NCBI GenBank assembly: GCA_945901855.1
Contig: CAMDLT010000020.1
Coordinates: forward strand, 2,066-66,065
Reading direction: 5' to 3'
Length of the DNA: 64,000 bases
Origin: Asaia bogorensis
GTDB lineage: Bacteria > Pseudomonadota > Alphaproteobacteria > CACIAM-22H2
The position numbers and the translations under genes were made by a program. Under the pieces are notes generated by a model. The model was not told where the DNA came from and made no database searches. It saw only the letters and a list, made by a program, of their open reading frames with translations. Positions 49,065-58,180 of the stretch are shown piece by piece. How positions within the stretch are numbered: the first letter of the stretch is position 1; each line of letters starts with the position of its first letter.

Positions 49065-50258
49065 GTGCCGGGCGCGCTTGCAGGTCTGCGCATCGTCGAG
49101 CTTGCGCATATCATGGCCGGACCCGTCGCAGGCTTGATGCTGGCCGACATGGGGGCCGAAATCGTCAAGGTTGAAAAGCTGCCGGGCGGCGACGACACGC
49201 GCCGCATGGTGCCGCCGCGCGTCGGCGCGGAAAGCGCCGCCTATCTGATGATGAATCGCAACAAGCGCGGTATTGCTCTCGATCTCAAAACGCCGGGCGG
49301 CAAAGCGGCGTTGCGCCGTCTGATCGAGCGCGCCGACGTGCTGATCGAAAACTACCGTGCGGGCACGCTCGAAAAACTCGGGTTCGGCTATGCGCAGGTG
49401 CGCGCATGGGCTCCGCGGCTTGTTTATTGTTCGCTGTCCGGCTTCGGGCGCACGGGACCGTACGCTGGACGCGGCGGGTTCGATTTGGTCGCGCAGGGAA
49501 TGTCGGGCTTGATGAGCGTTACCGGCGAGGGGCCGGGACGCGCGCCCGTTAAAGTTGGCGCGCCGGTCACCGACATCACATCCGGGATTCTCGCCGCGAT
49601 GGGAATCCTTGGGGCCCTGCAGGCGCGCGCGCGGACGGGGCAGGGGCAGCTTGTCGAAACCTCGCTGTTTGAAGCGGGGATCGTGCAGACATATTGGCAG
49701 TCGGCTATCGCCCTTGCGACGGGCACGTCGCCCGGACCCCTTGGTTCCGCGCATCCGTTGAACGCGCCCTACCAAGCCTTCGAAACGGCCGACGGGTGGA
49801 TCAATGTGGGCGCCTCGAACCAAGCGACGTGGTTGAAATTGGTCGCAGCGCTCGAGGCTCCCGCGTTGGACGACGATCCGCGCTTTGCGAGCAATGCCGC
49901 GCGCATGGCCAATCTGCCGGCCCTTGTCGAAATTCTAGCGCCGCTATTCAAAGGGCGGACGACATCCGCGTGGCTGGATATCTTCGACGCCGTCAACATG
50001 CCGGCCGGTCCGGTGCTGTCGATCGGCGAGATGCTGGCCGATCCGCAGACCCTCGCGCGTGCGATGGTCGTGGAAACCGACCATGCAACGCTCGGCCCTG
50101 TCAAAACGCTGGGCGCACCCGTCAAGTTTTCGGATACGCCCAGTGCGATAACGCGCGCCGCCCCCGTGCTGGGCCAGCATACAAACGACGTGCTGGTGGA
50201 GCTTGGCTATTCCAACGCGGAAATCGAGGACTTGCGCGCGAGCGGTGCGGTGGGTTAG
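49065..50258 (+). CDS. CoA-transferase family III (CaiB/BaiF) protein
   Basis: About 397 aa. Probable GTG start directly after the upstream stop (tool ORF starts at 49029 and overlaps). N-terminal LAGLRIVELAHIMAGPVAGLMLADMGAEIVKVE. Confidence 0.7.
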   Translation: MPGALAGLRIVELAHIMAGPVAGLMLADMGAEIVKVEKLPGGDDTRRMVPPRVGAESAAYLMMNRNKRGIALDLKTPGGKAALRRLIERADVLIENYRAGTLEKLGFGYAQVRAWAPRLVYCSLSGFGRTGPYAGRGGFDLVAQGMSGLMSVTGEGPGRAPVKVGAPVTDITSGILAAMGILGALQARARTGQGQLVETSLFEAGIVQTYWQSAIALATGTSPGPLGSAHPLNAPYQAFETADGWINVGASNQATWLKLVAALEAPALDDDPRFASNAARMANLPALVEILAPLFKGRTTSAWLDIFDAVNMPAGPVLSIGEMLADPQTLARAMVVETDHATLGPVKTLGAPVKFSDTPSAITRAAPVLGQHTNDVLVELGYSNAEIEDLRASGAVG

Positions 50259-51406
50259 CGCACGACCAGATCGATCGGGCGCGACGAAATCCGCTCGTTT
50301 CCGGTTTGCGTGACAATCACCGACTCGCCGGGGCACATCGCCGTGCCGGTCTCGCTGTCCATCAAGATCATGTGCAGGAAAAACACCATGTTCGGAGCCA
50401 CGATCGCCGGATTGCCCGCATAGAACATCGGCCAGTCCATCCAGTTTGGCGCGAATGTGGTGCCGAGCGAATATCCGCACGCATTCAAACGATGGGCCGA
50501 CATGCCCGCTTTGTCGCACACGCGCGCATACGCGTCGAACACCGCACCGACGGGCTCGCCTGGCCGCAGCGCTTCCCGGCAGGCCGCAAGGGCGTCCACG
50601 CATATCGCGTGCATGCGTCGATGGAGATCGCTGGCCTTCCCGACCGGGATCGTGCGCATCAAGCACGCATGGTAGTGCCGATACGCGCCTGCAAATTCCA
50701 GCGTGATCTGGTCCTGCGGTCCCAGGCTTTTGCGGCCGCTGAAATAGCGGCAGAGCAGCGCGTCTTTTCCCGATCCGATGATGAATTCGTTGGCCGGATC
50801 GTCGCCGCCGCCGCGATAGATGGCGCTGTGCATCGCTGCCAGAACGTCGCCTTCGAACGCGCCGGGGGCTATTGTCGCATGCGCCGCGTCGAGTGCGGCA
50901 TCGGCCAGTTCGCCAGCCTTGCGAACGTAAACAAGCTCGGCCGGGCTTTTGACGACGCGCAAGCGCGTGACCAAATCCGAGGCCTCAACGAGCGTAGCAA
51001 AGCCGTCCAGCGCAGCCTCAAGCTTGCGCCCGTTGGCGTGGGTCAGGCCGTAGGCATCAAACTCCGCCCCGAAGGTTTTTCCTGCAAGACCGAACTCGGC
51101 CAGGATTTGGCGCAGTTCCAAGGCCGGGTCGGCGCCGTCGCGATCGGTCCAAACGCGGATATCGTCGAGAATCGATGTATGCCGCGCTTGGCGCAAATCG
51201 GGCGCGCGCGTGAGCAGCATCGTGCGCCCGTCCGCGCCCAGATACAGGCATTGGAAGAACACGTACCCGAACGTGTCGTAGCCGGTCAGGTAGTACATGC
51301 TTTCTTGACGGAAAATCAGAATCCCGTCGAGGCCGCGCGACGCCATTGCGGCGACCGCAGCGCTGCGACGGGCTTCAAACTCGCTTCGTTCGAAATGCAG
51401 CGCCAT
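50255..51406 (-). CDS. M24-family metallopeptidase (creatinase/prolidase/Xaa-Pro aminopeptidase family)
   Basis: About 383 aa from internal ATG (MALHFERSEFEARR...). Creatinase N-domain plus pita-bread fold residues (H..D, D, H, E, E pattern). Confidence 0.7.
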   Translation of the reverse strand: MALHFERSEFEARRSAAVAAMASRGLDGILIFRQESMYYLTGYDTFGYVFFQCLYLGADGRTMLLTRAPDLRQARHTSILDDIRVWTDRDGADPALELRQILAEFGLAGKTFGAEFDAYGLTHANGRKLEAALDGFATLVEASDLVTRLRVVKSPAELVYVRKAGELADAALDAAHATIAPGAFEGDVLAAMHSAIYRGGGDDPANEFIIGSGKDALLCRYFSGRKSLGPQDQITLEFAGAYRHYHACLMRTIPVGKASDLHRRMHAICVDALAACREALRPGEPVGAVFDAYARVCDKAGMSAHRLNACGYSLGTTFAPNWMDWPMFYAGNPAIVAPNMVFFLHMILMDSETGTAMCPGESVIVTQTGNERISSRPIDLVVR

Positions 51407-53148
51407 CAGTGGCTTTCGCGGCCCACGGGCGCGCCCGAATTGCCGACCAAGAAGTCCAGATCCACGCCCTTGTCGGCTTGGTTGACCGTTTCGACATAGA
51501 GTTTGGCATAGCCGCGCGTTTCGTGCTGCGGCGGGCCTTTCCACTTCTTGCGGCGCTCGGCTAACACGGCATCGCTGACATCGAGGTGCAGCTTGCGCTT
51601 GGATACATCGAGTTCGATCACGTCGCCGGTTTGCACGAGCGCCAAAGGCCCGCCGGCCGCAGCTTCAGGCGCTGTGTGCAGCACGACTGTGCCATAGGCG
51701 GTACCGGACATGCGTGCGTCGGAAATGCGCACCATGTCCTTGATGCCTTTTTTCAGCAGCTTGGCGGGCAGCGCGAAATTGCCGACCTCGGGGAATCCCG
51801 GATAGCCTTTGGGCCCGCAATTCTTGAGTACCAAGATGCAGTTCGCGTCGACATCGAGCTTTGGATCGTCGACGCGTTTGTTGTAGTCGTCGATATCCTC
51901 GAATGCGACCGCGCGTCCTTTGTGTTTCATCAAGGACGGCGTTGCGGCCGAAGGCTTCAGCACGGCGCCGTCGGGCGCCAGATTGCCGCGCAAGACAGCG
52001 ATGCCGCCTTGTTTCTTGAACGGTTTGGCGAGCGGCGTGATGACCGCCTGGTTCCAGTTTTTGGCGTCCTTGACGTTGTCCCAGATCGTCCGGCCGTTCA
52101 CGGTCAACGCATTCTTGTGCAGCATGCTGCCGACTTCCTTCAGCACCGTCGGCAACCCGCCCGCGTAGTAGAAATCTTCCATCAGATACTTGCCCGACGG
52201 CATCAGATTGACGAGGCAAGGGACCTTGCGTCCCAAGCGGTCCCAGTCGTCGAGCGTGAGTTCCACGCCCATGCGCCCGGCGATCGCGAGCAGATGCACG
52301 ACCGCATTGGTCGAGCCGCCGATGGCGCCGTTGGCGACGATCGCGTTCTTGAAAGCCTGCTTTGTGAGGATCTTCGACATTTTAAGATTTTCGCGCACCA
52401 TCTCGACCGCGCGCTTGCCGGCCATGTAGGCGAGGGTCTTGCGGCGGCTGTCGGCGGCGGGGATGGCAGCGTTGGTCGGCAGCCCCATGCCAAGCGCTTC
52501 CACCATCGATGCCATCGTGGAGGCAGTACCCATGGTCATGCAATGGCCGATCGAGCGCGACATGCAAGCTTCGGCCTCGTTGACGTCGGCTTGCGTAAGC
52601 TCGCCGGTCTTGAGCATTTCCGTGAATTTCCACACATGCGTGCCCGAGCCGATTTCCTGATCGCGCCAGCGTCCGTTGAGCATCGGGCCGCCCGACACGG
52701 CGATGGTCGGCAAGTCGCAGCTGGCAGCGCCCATCAGCAAGGCGGGCGTGGTCTTGTCGCAGCCCACCAGCAGGACGACGCCGTCCATCGGATTGGCGCG
52801 GATCGATTCTTCGACATCCATGCTGGCCAAATTGCGGAAAAGCATGGTGGTCGGCCGCATCAAGGATTCGCCAAGGCTCATGACCGGAAATTCGAGCGGG
52901 AATCCGCCCATTTCGATCACGCCTTTTTTGACCATCTCGGCCAACTCGCGAAAATGGCCGTTGCAGGGGGTCAGTTCCGACCAAGTATTGCAAATGCCGA
53001 CGACGGGGCGGCCGTCGAACATATGGGCGGGCGTGCCTTGATTTTTCATCCACGAGCGGTGCACCAGACCGTCGCGGTCCTGGCGTCCGAACCACTGCTT
53101 GGAACGCAGTTCGCCCTTTTTGAAATGGCGCTTCTTTTTGTTGGCCAT
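51406..53148 (-). CDS. IlvD/EDD-family dehydratase (dihydroxy-acid / sugar-acid dehydratase)
   Basis: 580 aa. Fe-S cluster ligand region (CDKTTP; CPGSG-like context) and an IlvD/EDD C-terminal block. Confidence 0.8.
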   Translation of the reverse strand: MANKKKRHFKKGELRSKQWFGRQDRDGLVHRSWMKNQGTPAHMFDGRPVVGICNTWSELTPCNGHFRELAEMVKKGVIEMGGFPLEFPVMSLGESLMRPTTMLFRNLASMDVEESIRANPMDGVVLLVGCDKTTPALLMGAASCDLPTIAVSGGPMLNGRWRDQEIGSGTHVWKFTEMLKTGELTQADVNEAEACMSRSIGHCMTMGTASTMASMVEALGMGLPTNAAIPAADSRRKTLAYMAGKRAVEMVRENLKMSKILTKQAFKNAIVANGAIGGSTNAVVHLLAIAGRMGVELTLDDWDRLGRKVPCLVNLMPSGKYLMEDFYYAGGLPTVLKEVGSMLHKNALTVNGRTIWDNVKDAKNWNQAVITPLAKPFKKQGGIAVLRGNLAPDGAVLKPSAATPSLMKHKGRAVAFEDIDDYNKRVDDPKLDVDANCILVLKNCGPKGYPGFPEVGNFALPAKLLKKGIKDMVRISDARMSGTAYGTVVLHTAPEAAAGGPLALVQTGDVIELDVSKRKLHLDVSDAVLAERRKKWKGPPQHETRGYAKLYVETVNQADKGVDLDFLVGNSGAPVGRESH

Positions 53149-53226
53149 CGCTTCTTTTTCCTCGATTTGGACAAAACCTTACAATCGAGCTATTTCAATT
53201 GCCATGGCCATTTTGTGCAACATCCC

Positions 53227-54360
53227 ATGAAGCTCGCCTTCGTCAATCCGAACTTGGCGCACGACTACAACGTCGAGACGCCGTTTGCCGCCCCTTTGCC
53301 GGGATCGGAATCCGCGCAAGTTTATCTGGCGCTGGCAATGGCGCGGCGCGGGCACGAAGTTGGGCTCTTCACGGGCACGACGCGCACGGCAGGCCGCCTG
53401 CGCGGCGTGGCCCAAGCGCGCTGGTCCGGCGCGCTCGAGGGCGAGTTCGACGCGGTATTCGTAACCTCGGCCGTCGATCTTTTGGCGCCGCTGCGCGCGC
53501 AAGGTTTTGCGGGACCGATCTATGCCTGGCAGCACAATGTCATCGTCCCGGGCACCGAAGAAGCCGCATTGCTGGCAGAACTTACGCACCCGCGCGACCG
53601 CATCTTGTGCGTGAGCGACTGGCACAAGGCGAACTACGCCGCCAACGGCGTTGCTGCGGCGCGCATCGATGTTTTGCGCAACGCGATCGGCCCGCGTTTC
53701 GAAACGTTGTTCGCAGCCGGCGAATCCATCCTTGCCGCCAAAGCGCCGCGTGCGGCATTCACGTCCGTGCCGTACAAGGGCCTCAAACAGGCGCTGGCCT
53801 TTTTCAAGGATCTGCATGCGTTGCGGCCCGAACTGACGCTCGACGTGTTCTCCAGTTTCGATTTTTATCCGGCCAACAATCTCTTTCGCCGCCAGCCGAG
53901 TTGGCTGTTGCTGGCGGCGGAGGCCAAGTCAGCGGCCGGAGTCGCCTATCACGGCAACGTGGCGCAACCGGCGTTGGCCGAGGCCCTCAAGCGGGCCGTG
54001 CTGCTGTTCTATCCGAACGTCGCGGCGGAAACCTCGTCGATCGCGGTCATGGAGGCGATGGCGGCGGGGTGCGTCGTGGTGACGACGGCACTGGGAGCGT
54101 TGCCCGAAACAGTCGGCGATTTTGGTATTCTTGCCCCGGTTGTTGGGGGCAATATCGATCCGCAAGCCTATGTTTCGTCCGCCGCCGCCATAGCGGAGGC
54201 CTTTGCCGCAGGCAATTCGGCGCTGGAAGCGCGGTTGCAGATGCAGGTCGCGCACGTTACCGCAACGTGCCGCTGGGACATCCGCGCTGTGGAAGCCGAG
54301 CGGCTGCTGGCGGGACAGTTCGGTACGGACCGAAGTATCGGCACGTCTTCTCGGCTATAA
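53227..54360 (+). CDS. Glycosyltransferase family 4 (GT-B fold)
   Basis: 377 aa from internal ATG (MKLAFVNPNLAHDYNVETPF...). GT4 C-terminal block ...FYPNVAAETSSIAVMEAMAAGCVVVTT. Confidence 0.7.
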   Translation: MKLAFVNPNLAHDYNVETPFAAPLPGSESAQVYLALAMARRGHEVGLFTGTTRTAGRLRGVAQARWSGALEGEFDAVFVTSAVDLLAPLRAQGFAGPIYAWQHNVIVPGTEEAALLAELTHPRDRILCVSDWHKANYAANGVAAARIDVLRNAIGPRFETLFAAGESILAAKAPRAAFTSVPYKGLKQALAFFKDLHALRPELTLDVFSSFDFYPANNLFRRQPSWLLLAAEAKSAAGVAYHGNVAQPALAEALKRAVLLFYPNVAAETSSIAVMEAMAAGCVVVTTALGALPETVGDFGILAPVVGGNIDPQAYVSSAAAIAEAFAAGNSALEARLQMQVAHVTATCRWDIRAVEAERLLAGQFGTDRSIGTSSRL

Positions 54361-54368
54361 TCTCGGAC

Positions 54369-55100
54369 ATGAAAAACGGTCCGACGATCGCGGGCGTGGC
54401 GTCGTTGCTGGGCGATCCTGCGCGCGCCAACATGATGGCGGCGCTGATGGCAGGCAAAGCGCTTACGGCAGGCGAACTGGCGCAGGAAGCCCGCGTGACG
54501 CCGCAGACCGCAAGCGGCCATCTGGCCCGGCTGGTCGATGCAGGGCTGCTTTTGGTCGAGGTGCAGGGGCGCCATCGCTATTTTCGTATCGCCGGGGCGG
54601 AGGTTGCCGAAGCGATCGAGACGCTGGAGGTATTGGCTGCGCGCACCGGCCATCTGCGCACGCGGCCGGGGCCGCGCGATCCGTCGCTGCGTGCCGCCCG
54701 ACGCTGCTACGACCATCTTGCCGGGGCGGCGGGCGTCGAACTCTTCGACGCGCTGCTCGAACAAGCGGTGCTGACGGTCGGCCCCGATGGGCTTGCCCTC
54801 AGCGTTGCGGGCCGCGCGCGTTTTTGCGTCGCAGGCATCGACCTTGCCGCGATGGACAAGCGCAGCCGTCCGCTTTGTCGGGCCTGCCTCGATTGGTCGG
54901 AGCGGCGCCCGCATCTTGCCGGATCGCTCGGCGCGGCGTTGCTTTCAATGTTTTTGGCGCGCAAATGGCTGCGCCGCGATCCGGGCAGCCGCGCGCTTTT
55001 GTTTTCGCCGGACGGACGCAAAGCGTTCGAGGCATTTTTGGGCCGGACGCCGGTTCATGCCGCGTTGTCTGGCCAGCTTTCGGCCGTCAACGAAACATAG
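54369..55100 (+). CDS. ArsR-family transcriptional regulator with C-terminal extension
   Basis: 243 aa. Winged HTH (LTAGELAQEARVTPQTASGHLARLVDAGLL). Confidence 0.65.
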   Translation: MKNGPTIAGVASLLGDPARANMMAALMAGKALTAGELAQEARVTPQTASGHLARLVDAGLLLVEVQGRHRYFRIAGAEVAEAIETLEVLAARTGHLRTRPGPRDPSLRAARRCYDHLAGAAGVELFDALLEQAVLTVGPDGLALSVAGRARFCVAGIDLAAMDKRSRPLCRACLDWSERRPHLAGSLGAALLSMFLARKWLRRDPGSRALLFSPDGRKAFEAFLGRTPVHAALSGQLSAVNET

Positions 55101-55153
55101 CGCACCTTCGCAGAGCTACCGTCTTGCCTTTCCCGGTTCGGAGGATTGGCGCG

Positions 55154-55318
55154 ATGAAAGCGGTTTTGCGAGGTTTGATGCAGTTGCTGTATGTTTGGCA
55201 CGCGCGCGTGCGTTCGCGTGCGCACCTGGCCGAACTCGACGCATATCTGCTTGCCGACATGGGGCTTTCGCAAGCCGATATTCGCTGCGAATGCGCCAAA
55301 CCCTTCTGGAGACCGTGA
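55154..55318 (+). CDS. DUF1127-domain small protein
   Basis: 54 aa. AHLAELDAYLLADMGLSQADI matches the DUF1127 consensus (L..LSD..L.DIGL.R.DI). Confidence 0.55.
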   Translation: MKAVLRGLMQLLYVWHARVRSRAHLAELDAYLLADMGLSQADIRCECAKPFWRP

Positions 55319-55678
55319 ATGATCGCCGTGATTTTCGAGGTTCGCCCGGCCGAGGGCCGCAAATCGGCCTATCTCGAACATGCGGCGGCCTTGCGCGCCG
55401 AATTGGAGACCGTCGACGGGTTCGTGTCGGTCGAACGGTTCCAGAGCCTTTCCGACGACGGCAAAATGCTGTCGCTGTCGTTTTGGCGCGACGAGGCGTC
55501 GATCTTCAATTGGCGCAACCGTCCCTGCCATCGCGACGCGCAAAGCGCCGGACGGGGCGGTGTTTTTGCCGATTACCGGCTGCGCGTGGTTGGCGTGATC
55601 CGCGATTACGGCATGTTCGAGCGCACGCAAGCGCCAGCCGACAGTCGCGTGCAGCACGATCCGGGTTTTACGATCTAG
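55319..55678 (+). CDS. Antibiotic-biosynthesis-monooxygenase (ABM) domain protein
   Basis: 119 aa. Ferredoxin-like ABM pattern (MIAVIFEVRP...SLSFWRDEAS). Confidence 0.6.
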   Translation: MIAVIFEVRPAEGRKSAYLEHAAALRAELETVDGFVSVERFQSLSDDGKMLSLSFWRDEASIFNWRNRPCHRDAQSAGRGGVFADYRLRVVGVIRDYGMFERTQAPADSRVQHDPGFTI

Positions 55679-56519
55679 CGGCCCGACGCATCGAAACGAT
55701 GCCGCACGCCACCACCACGGCGGCCCCCAGCCACGTCCATAGACCGGGGACATCGCCGAAGAAAATCATGCCGAACAAGGTCGCAAACAGCAGCAGCGTA
55801 TAATTGTAAGGCTGTAGCGCGCTGGCAGGGGCGAGCGCGATGGCGCGGACGATCAAAATATGCGCGCCCGCCCCGCTAATGCCGCCGACAATCAGCCAGA
55901 ACCAGCCCGATGGATCCGGCGGATGCCAGTCGAACGAAGCGATCGTCCCGAGCACGATCAGGCCGACCAGCGGCGTGTGCAGCGTCGTGATGTCGGTGCT
56001 GTCTTTGGCCGACACGATGCGCGTGACCACTTGGTAGAGCGCCCAAAGCAGGGTGGCCGCGACCGCAATCCACATGGCGGCGCCAAGTTGCTCGAAGGAC
56101 GGGCCAACGATCATCGTCGCGCCGGCCATTCCGGCGGCGACGAGCATCCAGCCGAGCGCATCGACCTTTTCGCGCAAAAAGAAAAACGATAGGGCCGTCA
56201 CCAGCAACGGCGCGGCCGCCGCGACGGCATGCACGTCGGCCAACGGCAATGTGCGGAACGCCGTGACAAAGCACAGCATTTCGAGCAGCAAGATCGCCGT
56301 CCGCGCGGCTTGCCACCACGGCGCCTTTGTCTTGAGCACGATCCAGGGACCGGCACCCGCAAGCCAGCAGCCGATCGCGACGAACAGCGCGAAGCGGATC
56401 GCCATGATTTGCGGGATCGGATAAATCTGCGTGAGCGACTTGTTGATCGCGTCCATCGATGCGAACAGCGCCATGGACGCGACGGCCATCAAAATGGGCT
56501 TGAGCCCGATTTTCTCCAC
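55668..56519 (-). CDS. EamA/DMT-family transporter
   Basis: 283 aa, 10 predicted TM helices. Confidence 0.7.
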   Translation of the reverse strand: MEKIGLKPILMAVASMALFASMDAINKSLTQIYPIPQIMAIRFALFVAIGCWLAGAGPWIVLKTKAPWWQAARTAILLLEMLCFVTAFRTLPLADVHAVAAAAPLLVTALSFFFLREKVDALGWMLVAAGMAGATMIVGPSFEQLGAAMWIAVAATLLWALYQVVTRIVSAKDSTDITTLHTPLVGLIVLGTIASFDWHPPDPSGWFWLIVGGISGAGAHILIVRAIALAPASALQPYNYTLLLFATLFGMIFFGDVPGLWTWLGAAVVVACGIVSMRRAARS

Positions 56520-56520
56520 G

Positions 56521-58179
56521 TCAAAAAATTCCGTCGATTTCGCCCGCTGGCGTCAGGCCGATGGCTTCGGCGGCGGGGATGCGCGGCAGGCCCGGCATGG
56601 TCATCACATCGCCTGCAAGCGCCACGATGAATCCCGCACCGGCCGATAGACGGATTTCGCGTACCGGCAAATCGTGGCCGGTGGGAGCGCCCTTCAACTC
56701 GGGATCGGCGGCAAACGAGTACTGGGTCTTGGCCATGCAGATAGGCAGATGCCCGAAACCCGCTTTTTCGAGCGCGGCCAGACGCTTTGCCGCAGCACCC
56801 GAAAAACTGACGGTGCCGGCACGATAGATCTCGCGTGCGATCGTCTCGATTTTTGCCTTCAGCGGCATCGCATCGGGATAGAGCGGCGCGTATTTTCCTG
56901 CACCTGCGTCGATCGCGGCGACGGCTGCGCGCGCGAGATCTTCCGCACCCGCGCCGCCCTTCGCCCAATGCTGCGCGCGAATGGCTTTTGTGCCGACTGT
57001 TGCGCACGCGGCTTCGATGGCGCGCCATTCGGCATCGGTATCGCTTGTGAAGGCGTTGATCGCGACCAAAACCGGCAAGCCGAATTTCTTCAAGTTTTCG
57101 ACGTGGCGCAAAAGATTGCCGAGGCCCCGTTCGACGGCCGCGACATCTTCGACGCCGAGCGCTTTTGAATCCGCGCCGCCCTGGAGCTTGAGCGCGCGCA
57201 CGGTCGCCACGACGACGGCCAGATCCGGCGACAGCCCGGCCTGACGGCATTTGATGTCGAGGAACTTCTCGGCGCCCAAATCGGCGCCGAAGCCCGCCTC
57301 GGTGACCGTGTAATCGGCGAGCCCGAGCGCCATTGTCGTTGCAATGGCGGAGTTGCAGCCGTGCGCGATGTTCGCAAACGGCCCGCCATGCACGAACACG
57401 GGATTGTTTTCGAGCGTTTGGACGAGATTGGGTTTGATCGCGTCTTTCAGCAACGCAGCCATTGCGCCCGCAGCTTTGAGGTCTGCGACCGTCACGAAGC
57501 TGCCGTCTTTGTTGTCGGCCACGACGATCCTGGCGAGACGCGCTTCAAGGTCCGCGGCGTCTTTGGCCAAGCACAAGATCGCCATCACTTCGGAGGCCGT
57601 CGTGATGTCGAAGCGCGTTTGGCGCGCGGCCCCGTTGCCGGTCCCGAGCCCTGCGACGATATCGCGCAAGGCGCGGTCGTTCATGTCCAGCACGCGCGGC
57701 CACGTCACGCGCTTGGGATCGATAGCTGGCGCCTTCGCCCAGTAGACATGGTTGTCGATCAACGCCGCGAGCAGATTGTGCGCCGAGCCGATTGCGTGGA
57801 TGTCGCCGGTGAAATGCAAGTTGATGTCGGCCATCGGCACGATCTGCGCGTAGCCGCCGCCGGTGGCTCCGCCTTTTTGGCCAAAGCAAGGGCCCAGCGA
57901 CGGTTCGCGCAGACAGATCGCGGTGCGCTTGCCGAGCCGGTTGAGCGCGTCGCCAAGCCCGATGGTCGTCGTCGTTTTGCCTTCCCCGGCTTTGGTGGGG
58001 TTGATCGCGGTGACGAGGATCAGCTTGCCGCGTTTTTTGGCGGCGGGAAGCGCCGCCAAATCGATTTTGGCTTTTGTCTTGCCGTAAAATTCGAGCGCCG
58101 CCTCGGGGATATCGAGTTTGGCGGCGACTGTTGCGAGCGGTGCGAGGGCGGCTTTGCGGGCAATCTCGATATCCGACAT
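56521..58179 (-). CDS. fhs: Formate--tetrahydrofolate ligase
   Basis: 552 aa. Fhs-specific blocks ([32 protein letters not shown]). Confidence 0.9.
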   Translation of the reverse strand: MSDIEIARKAALAPLATVAAKLDIPEAALEFYGKTKAKIDLAALPAAKKRGKLILVTAINPTKAGEGKTTTTIGLGDALNRLGKRTAICLREPSLGPCFGQKGGATGGGYAQIVPMADINLHFTGDIHAIGSAHNLLAALIDNHVYWAKAPAIDPKRVTWPRVLDMNDRALRDIVAGLGTGNGAARQTRFDITTASEVMAILCLAKDAADLEARLARIVVADNKDGSFVTVADLKAAGAMAALLKDAIKPNLVQTLENNPVFVHGGPFANIAHGCNSAIATTMALGLADYTVTEAGFGADLGAEKFLDIKCRQAGLSPDLAVVVATVRALKLQGGADSKALGVEDVAAVERGLGNLLRHVENLKKFGLPVLVAINAFTSDTDAEWRAIEAACATVGTKAIRAQHWAKGGAGAEDLARAAVAAIDAGAGKYAPLYPDAMPLKAKIETIAREIYRAGTVSFSGAAAKRLAALEKAGFGHLPICMAKTQYSFAADPELKGAPTGHDLPVREIRLSAGAGFIVALAGDVMTMPGLPRIPAAEAIGLTPAGEIDGIF

Positions 58180-58180
58180 G

